From: Bacteroidia bacterium
GTDB lineage: Bacteria > Bacteroidota > Bacteroidia > Bacteroidales > VadinHA17
NCBI GenBank assembly: GCA_026391215.1
Contig: JAPLDX010000122.1
Location: 1 to 21,750, forward strand
Direction of reading: 5' to 3'
Length of the DNA stretch: 21,750 bases
Shown here: in pieces, positions 17,218 to 21,750 of the stretch
Numbering within the stretch: position 1 is the stretch's first letter
Layout: every line of letters starts with the position of its first letter
Translations under genes and position numbers: made by a program
The notes under the pieces: generated by a model
Told to the model about the DNA's origin: nothing
Database searches by the model: none
Seen by the model: only the letters and a program-made list of their open reading frames with translations

Positions 17218-18999
17218 ATGATAAATCTGAATATTAATAACCAGAGGATTTCAGTTCAGCCGGGAACAACAGTTCTCGAAGCTGCAAGGAAACTCAATAT
17301 CAATATACCGACATTATGCAACCATCCTGACCTTTGCGTAGCAGGTAACTGCAGAGTTTGTGTCGTTGAGCAGACAGGGGCAAGAACTCTTATTGCCGCA
17401 TGTGCTATGCCGGCAGCTGAAGGAATGGATATCCATACAAATACACTGAAAGTTAGAAATGCACGGAAGCATATAGTTGAACTTCTTCTTTCTGAGCACA
17501 GATCCGATTGTACCAAATGCTATAAAAATCAGAAGTGCGAGCTCCAGGCTCTGGCAAATGAGTTTGCCTTTGGTGATACAATATTTCTTGACCTTGTTGA
17601 AGATCACGCTTATACAATTGACAGGTCATCACCGTCCTTCACAAAGGATGACAGCAAATGTATCCACTGTCAACGTTGTGTAAGAACATGCCACGAATTA
17701 CAGCATATCTCAGCAATAGCTGTAGCCAACAAAGGACTGCATCAGAAGATATCGTCATTTCATGACAGGCCGATGAGCCACGTGGTATGTACAAACTGCG
17801 GTCAGTGCGTTAACCGCTGTCCTACCGGTGCTCTCGTTGAGAAAACATACATCGACCACGTATGGGATGCGATATATGATAAAGACAAGCACGTTGTCGT
17901 GCAGACAGCTCCGGCAGTAAGGGTAGCTCTTGGCGAGGATCTGGGTTATGATCCTGGTGAAAGAGTCACAGGCAAGATGGTCACCGCTCTCAAACAGCTC
18001 GGTTTTGATTCAATTCTTGATACAGATTTTACTGCTGACCTGACTATTATGGAAGAGGGAACTGAGCTTCTGACAAGACTGAAAAAAGCTCTTGTTGATA
18101 AGGACAAAAATGCTGCATTCCCGATGTTCACCTCCTGTTCTCCGGGATGGATTAAATTCATCGAGCATAAGTACCCCGAATTTTTACATAATCTATCTAC
18201 ATGCAAATCCCCGCAGCAGATGTTCGGAGCTCTGGCGAAGACATTCTATGCTCAGAAAATGAAGATTGATCCTTCCAAAATTGTCTCCGTGTCGATAATG
18301 CCTTGTACTGCAAAAAAATATGAAGCAGACAGACCGGAAATGAGAGCAAGCGGATATAAGGATATTGATTATGTGCTCACCACACGCGAACTGGCAGTGA
18401 TGATCAAGCAGGCAGGAATAGACTTCAGAAATCTTGAATCATCTCATTATGATTCAATTATGGGCGATTCCACAGGTGCTGCCGTAATATTTGGTGCAAC
18501 AGGCGGTGTGATGGAAGCAGCGCTTCGTACAGCCTATGAGATTGTAACCGGACGTGAGGTCCCGTTTACAAATCTCAATATCACACCAGTCAGGGGAATG
18601 GAAGGAGTTAAGGAAGCAACAGTTAAAATTGAAGGTTGCACAGACGACTGGAAGTTTCTGGAAGGAGCAGAGCTTAAGGTTGCAATAGCCCATGGGCTTG
18701 TCAATGCCAATAAGATAATGAAGCAGGTGAGGGAAGGGAAATCTCCTTACCATTTTGTTGAGATCATGGCATGTCCGGGCGGTTGTATCGGAGGAGGAGG
18801 ACAGCCTATTCCTACCAGCATGGATATCAGGAAGAAGCGAATGAAAGCCATATATGCGGAGGATGAGCATATGGCTCTAAGAAAATCGCATGAAAATCCC
18901 GACGTGATAGCCATCTATAAGGAGTTCCTCGGAAAACCCAACAGCCATGTGTCACATGAGCTGCTGCATACACACTATGTGGAAAGGGAAAACTACTAA
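17218..18999 (+). CDS. hydA: Group A [FeFe]-hydrogenase catalytic alpha subunit
   Basis: [2Fe-2S] domain, His-ligated [4Fe-4S] (HRSDCTKC..C) and 2x[4Fe-4S]. H-cluster motifs FTSCSPGW, MPCTAKKYE and EIMACPGGCIGGGGQP. Fused small-subunit tail RKSHENP...LLHTHY. Confidence 0.96.
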   Translation: MINLNINNQRISVQPGTTVLEAARKLNINIPTLCNHPDLCVAGNCRVCVVEQTGARTLIAACAMPAAEGMDIHTNTLKVRNARKHIVELLLSEHRSDCTKCYKNQKCELQALANEFAFGDTIFLDLVEDHAYTIDRSSPSFTKDDSKCIHCQRCVRTCHELQHISAIAVANKGLHQKISSFHDRPMSHVVCTNCGQCVNRCPTGALVEKTYIDHVWDAIYDKDKHVVVQTAPAVRVALGEDLGYDPGERVTGKMVTALKQLGFDSILDTDFTADLTIMEEGTELLTRLKKALVDKDKNAAFPMFTSCSPGWIKFIEHKYPEFLHNLSTCKSPQQMFGALAKTFYAQKMKIDPSKIVSVSIMPCTAKKYEADRPEMRASGYKDIDYVLTTRELAVMIKQAGIDFRNLESSHYDSIMGDSTGAAVIFGATGGVMEAALRTAYEIVTGREVPFTNLNITPVRGMEGVKEATVKIEGCTDDWKFLEGAELKVAIAHGLVNANKIMKQVREGKSPYHFVEIMACPGGCIGGGGQPIPTSMDIRKKRMKAIYAEDEHMALRKSHENPDVIAIYKEFLGKPNSHVSHELLHTHYVERENY

Positions 19000-19004
19000 A
19001 TATG

Positions 19005-19027
19005 AAAGCCGGTGAGAGCCGGCTTTT
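19005..19027. terminator. Rho-independent terminator after hydA, possibly bidirectional
   Basis: aaagccgg-tgagag-ccggcttt(t) hairpin 5 nt after the hydA stop, between convergent genes. Confidence 0.75.
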
Positions 19028-19094
19028 CTATTGTCATGCAGTAGTGCAGTCATCTGACTTTATGGACTTTTAACTTTAAAGACTTTTAACCTAA

Positions 19095-19694
19095 TCATCC
19101 TTTGTGCCTTAGTGCCGTTGAGCCATTGAGGCGTTTTAAAAGCCATGCCATATTCTCACCAAGCACCCTCATTATTTCCAATCCTTCCTCATCATTCGCC
19201 ACTTCACCTTTCTTGCCTCCAACTCCAATATTCCAGTATGATGATCCCGGAATTATCATTTCGTTTATTAGAAAGAAATGATTGATACTATCGAAAGCAT
19301 GAATTGCACCGGCTCTTCTGACTGATATAACCGCTGCTCCCGGTTTCTTCTTCAACGGATTACCTGCACCCCTCAGGCAATATCCGGCTACATCTATCAG
19401 GGCTTTTGCTTCAGTGCAAAGGTCAGAAAAATATGTTGGAGAACCTATAATTACAGCATCTGCTTCCACCATTTTCTTTATGACCTTATTCAGGACTTCA
19501 TTCTCCTGGTGACACTGTCCGTCCTTTAATTCCCTGCATTTCAAGCAGGCTATGCATCCGTTCACCTTCTTACCTCCAAGCTGAAAGAACTCTGTTTTGA
19601 TACCGTTCTTTTCAATTGACTTAAATACTTCTTTTATAAGTATTTCGGTGTTGCCTCCCTTCCTGGGACTGCAGTTTATTCCGAGTAGCTTCAT
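19095..19694 (-). CDS. Iron-sulfur flavoprotein (Isf-like; NADPH-dependent FMN reductase/flavodoxin family)
   Basis: INCSPRKGGNT, compact Cys motif CIACLKC-x7-C, GSPTYF, RRAG and GSSYWN. Confidence 0.88.
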   Translation of the reverse strand: MKLLGINCSPRKGGNTEILIKEVFKSIEKNGIKTEFFQLGGKKVNGCIACLKCRELKDGQCHQENEVLNKVIKKMVEADAVIIGSPTYFSDLCTEAKALIDVAGYCLRGAGNPLKKKPGAAVISVRRAGAIHAFDSINHFFLINEMIIPGSSYWNIGVGGKKGEVANDEEGLEIMRVLGENMAWLLKRLNGSTALRHKG

Positions 19695-19707
19695 ATTCAG
19701 ACTTTTT

Positions 19708-19716
19708 GCGAATATA
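19708..19716 (-). promoter_or_regulatory. Putative Bacteroidota sigma-A -7 promoter element for the Isf-like gene
   Basis: TATATTCGC on the minus strand, one mismatch to TAnnTTTG, about 14 nt upstream of the start codon. Confidence 0.35.
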
Positions 19717-19804
19717 ATAAAATACTGGAATTGTATAAATAATGAAATGAAGGAGAGATGGCGAGAGAGGGGGAGGGGGAGAAAAATGTTCCAATATAAG
19801 TATC

Positions 19805-19832
19805 TTTAAACTTTGAATTTTAAACTTTGAAT
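19805..19832. repeat. Heptamer array tttaaac-tttgaat x2 just upstream of dinB
   Basis: Read directly from the sequence. Same TTTAAAC unit as at 3600-3627. Confidence 0.65.
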
Positions 19833-19840
19833 TCTTCTAA

Positions 19841-20908
19841 ATGAGAAAGATCATCCACATAGATATGGATGCTTTTTTTGCATCGGTGGAACAGCTCGAT
19901 AATCCTGAGCTCAGAGGCAAGCCTGTGGCAGTGGGAGGGAGCGGACCGCGTCATGTTGTAGCTGCAGCAAGCTACGAGGCGAGAAAATTTGGTGTGAGAT
20001 CAGCAATGCCTTCTGTAACTGCAAAAAAGCTCTGCCCTGACCTTATTTTCGTCACACACAGATTTGAACGATATAATGAATTGTCAGAGAATGTGTTGGA
20101 GATATTCAAGGAATATACAGATATTATTGAGCCTCTCTCAATTGATGAAGCTTTTCTTGATGTGACCAATGATAAGAAGAATATTGGTTCTGCAACACTT
20201 ATTGCCAGAGAGATTAAGGAAGAAATAAGAAAAAGAACAGGTCTTACGGCTTCTGCAGGCATTTCATTCAATAAGTTCCTGGCAAAGACCGCCTCCGATA
20301 TAAAGAAGCCGGATGGACTTTTCCTGATACAGCCTGATGAGGCGGAGAAATTCATTGAGGATCTTCCTGTTGAAAAGTTCTACGGAATAGGAAAGGTGAC
20401 AGCAGAAAAAATGCACAAGCTTGGTATTCATAAGGGCTGCGACCTGAAAAAGTGGGATTTGCCTGACCTGGTAAGGAATTTCGGAAAAGCAGGCATGTTT
20501 TATTATGACATAGTAAGAGCGATTGACGATCGTCCGGTGGAACCTGTTTATGAGCGGAAATCAATTGGGACTGAACTGACATATGAAAAAGACCTGACCA
20601 CCTCCTTTGAGATAATTGCGGAACTCTACAAGGTTGAAAAAGAGCTGATGGAAAGGCTCAGTAATGCAGAGACAACAGGGAAAACCATAACTCTGAAGAT
20701 CAAGTTCTCCGATTTCAGGCAGATAACCAGGAGTAGAACACTGCAGACCTATATACATGATTTCAGTACACTTCACAGGGAAGTCAGTGAAATCCGCAAA
20801 TCCCTCGATCTTGAAGGAACAAAGGTAAGGCTTTTAGGAGTATCCGTTTCCCATCTTGAAACTGATGAATGCAGTGACCAACAACTTCATTTGTTTGATA
20901 AAACTTAA
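19841..20908 (+). CDS. dinB: DNA polymerase IV (Y-family)
   Basis: IIHIDMDAFFASVE, AASYEARKFGV, SIDEAFLD, KFLAK and little-finger domain RKSIG...RLLGV. Confidence 0.97.
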   Translation: MRKIIHIDMDAFFASVEQLDNPELRGKPVAVGGSGPRHVVAAASYEARKFGVRSAMPSVTAKKLCPDLIFVTHRFERYNELSENVLEIFKEYTDIIEPLSIDEAFLDVTNDKKNIGSATLIAREIKEEIRKRTGLTASAGISFNKFLAKTASDIKKPDGLFLIQPDEAEKFIEDLPVEKFYGIGKVTAEKMHKLGIHKGCDLKKWDLPDLVRNFGKAGMFYYDIVRAIDDRPVEPVYERKSIGTELTYEKDLTTSFEIIAELYKVEKELMERLSNAETTGKTITLKIKFSDFRQITRSRTLQTYIHDFSTLHREVSEIRKSLDLEGTKVRLLGVSVSHLETDECSDQQLHLFDKT

Positions 20909-21032
20909 TCATTGAAAGAGGACCTAAGGAGGACATTTTGATTTCCACATAATTAAGATTCCCCCCTTGGGGGGCCCTATTCTTTATACAGATCTTTAAT
21001 AATTTCTTATTAAGGTTTTCCGGATATTAAAG

Positions 21033-21221
21033 GGAGATTCCTCATTCATCCTCCTGCGTCGGATTTATTCGGAATGACAAGGCTTTTTTTTGTGGATGGG
21101 GAAGAAGCGGCGATTCGCTGAAGAATTTTATCAAATAGAACATTGATCTATTGCGAATCGCCGCTTCTTCCCCTGACATCTCACCTACGCCTTGTCATTC
21201 CGAACGAAGTGAGGAATCTCC
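21033..21221. repeat. Large nested inverted repeat (REP/REPIN- or MITE-like element)
   Basis: Perfect paired arms 21033-21044/21210-21221 (12 bp), 21068-21083/21189-21204 (16 bp) and 21098-21118/21153-21173 (21 bp). Confidence 0.85.
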
Positions 21222-21343
21222 TGAATATCAGCACTATAACATCTTTTAAAGGTGTGTATCTTTCTGGCATTTCTTTGACGCCAGAGGCGTCTAATTCCAA
21301 TATCCATGATCACATCCATGGTTTGTTGGTTTTTTTACGGTGA

Positions 21344-21470
21344 CAACACCGGCGGTGTTGAATATCTGTTATTTGTGAAATCTAATTCAACACCCTCCGG
21401 GGTTGATACTTCTCTTTCAATTCTACCCCGGATGTAACCGGGGATATTGGATTTCAAAGCCTCCGGCTTT
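21344..21470. repeat. Cluster of short REP-like hairpins
   Basis: caacacc-ggc-ggtgttg (21344-21360), tcaacaccc-tcc-ggggttga (21387-21406), ccccgg-atgtaa-ccgggg (21426-21443) and aaagcc-tcc-ggcttt (21456-21470). Confidence 0.7.
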
Positions 21471-21600
21471 AGAACAATCTAAAATTCTATCCTTTGCAGT
21501 ATGTTGATAATCAATATAGTATTAAGATGTGTATAAAGGGTAGTTGGGGGGCCAGGTGGTAAAGATATCCTTTTGAGACAGCCTCCCGTGTTACTCCGTG

Positions 21601-21620
21601 CCTACCTGTCGGCAGGCAGG
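21601..21620. repeat. REP-like imperfect palindrome cctacctgtcggcaggcagg
   Basis: Resembles, from memory, the CCTGCCTGCCGGCAGGCAGG-type repeat. It supplies the stop codon of the edge ORF. Confidence 0.55.
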
Positions 21621-21748
21621 GTTAAATAGTTGTTTTTGAAGTAGTTATCAAGTACAAGGTATCTTTCCCTGTGCTTTTTGATCAATTCGGGATTGTCACC
21701 GAAAGTTCTTTCAAAATTTTCAAATCTCTTCCGGGCATTATCCCTTAT
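21602..21748 (-). CDS. 3' end of a gene entering from the right edge (partial, unknown product)
   Basis: Open frame ...IRDNARKRFENFERTFGDNPELIKKHRERYLVLDNYFKNNYLTLPADR-stop (TAG at 21604-21602). Confidence 0.5.
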   Translation of the reverse strand: MRDNARKRFENFERTFGDNPELIKKHRERYLVLDNYFKNNYLTLPADR

Positions 21749-21750
21749 AG

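Noticed and set aside
19741-19786. Purine-rich tract as a G-quadruplex or regulatory element
   Set aside because: Only two G-runs of three or more. It is most simply a low-complexity degenerate repeat.
292-20776. Numerous 60-150 aa antisense or alternate-frame ORFs (e.g. 292-702, 4169-4513, 10164-10565, 11686-12138, 18454-18870, 19972-20355)
   Set aside because: They are shadows of well-supported genes and have no recognisable motifs.
19841-20908. dinB as part of a mutagenesis cassette or mobile element
   Set aside because: An ordinary stand-alone dinB with no imuA/dnaE2, umuD, integrase or recognisable SOS box nearby.
21143-21343. 66-aa ORF
   Set aside because: TTG start, runs through the right arm of the inverted repeat, and has no protein-like features.

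Overview
A 21.7-kb hydrogen-metabolism locus, probably from an anaerobic Bacteroidota (Bacteroidales-like) organism. This assignment is inferred from A-rich leaders without clear Shine-Dalgarno sites, TAnnTTTG-like promoter motifs, an LVIVD lipoprotein and a beta-barrel protein. On the minus strand (7363 to the left edge) is an operon for a membrane-bound group 4 (energy-converting) [NiFe]-hydrogenase: NuoH-like, small, NuoC-like, large and NuoL/MrpA-like antiporter subunits, continuing past the edge. Unusually, it is headed by an AsrA/AsrB-type (sulfhydrogenase beta/gamma-like) NAD(P)H-diaphorase pair and a degenerate HycB/DmsB-type ferredoxin. A complete hypFCDEAB operon is transcribed divergently; hypF has no canonical start codon ahead of its acylphosphatase motif. 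Next come an outer-membrane beta-barrel and an LVIVD lipoprotein, then a trimeric group A3 [FeFe]-hydrogenase (hydCBA) whose short beta subunit carries non-bifurcating, NADH-only signatures. The window ends with an iron-sulfur flavoprotein, dinB and a ~700-bp intergenic region packed with several unrelated palindromic repeats. Short 7-8-nt tandem arrays occur in several intergenic gaps. The best candidate for an undescribed system is the putative NAD(P)H-linked, ion-translocating [NiFe]-hydrogenase sitting beside an NADH-dependent [FeFe]-hydrogenase.
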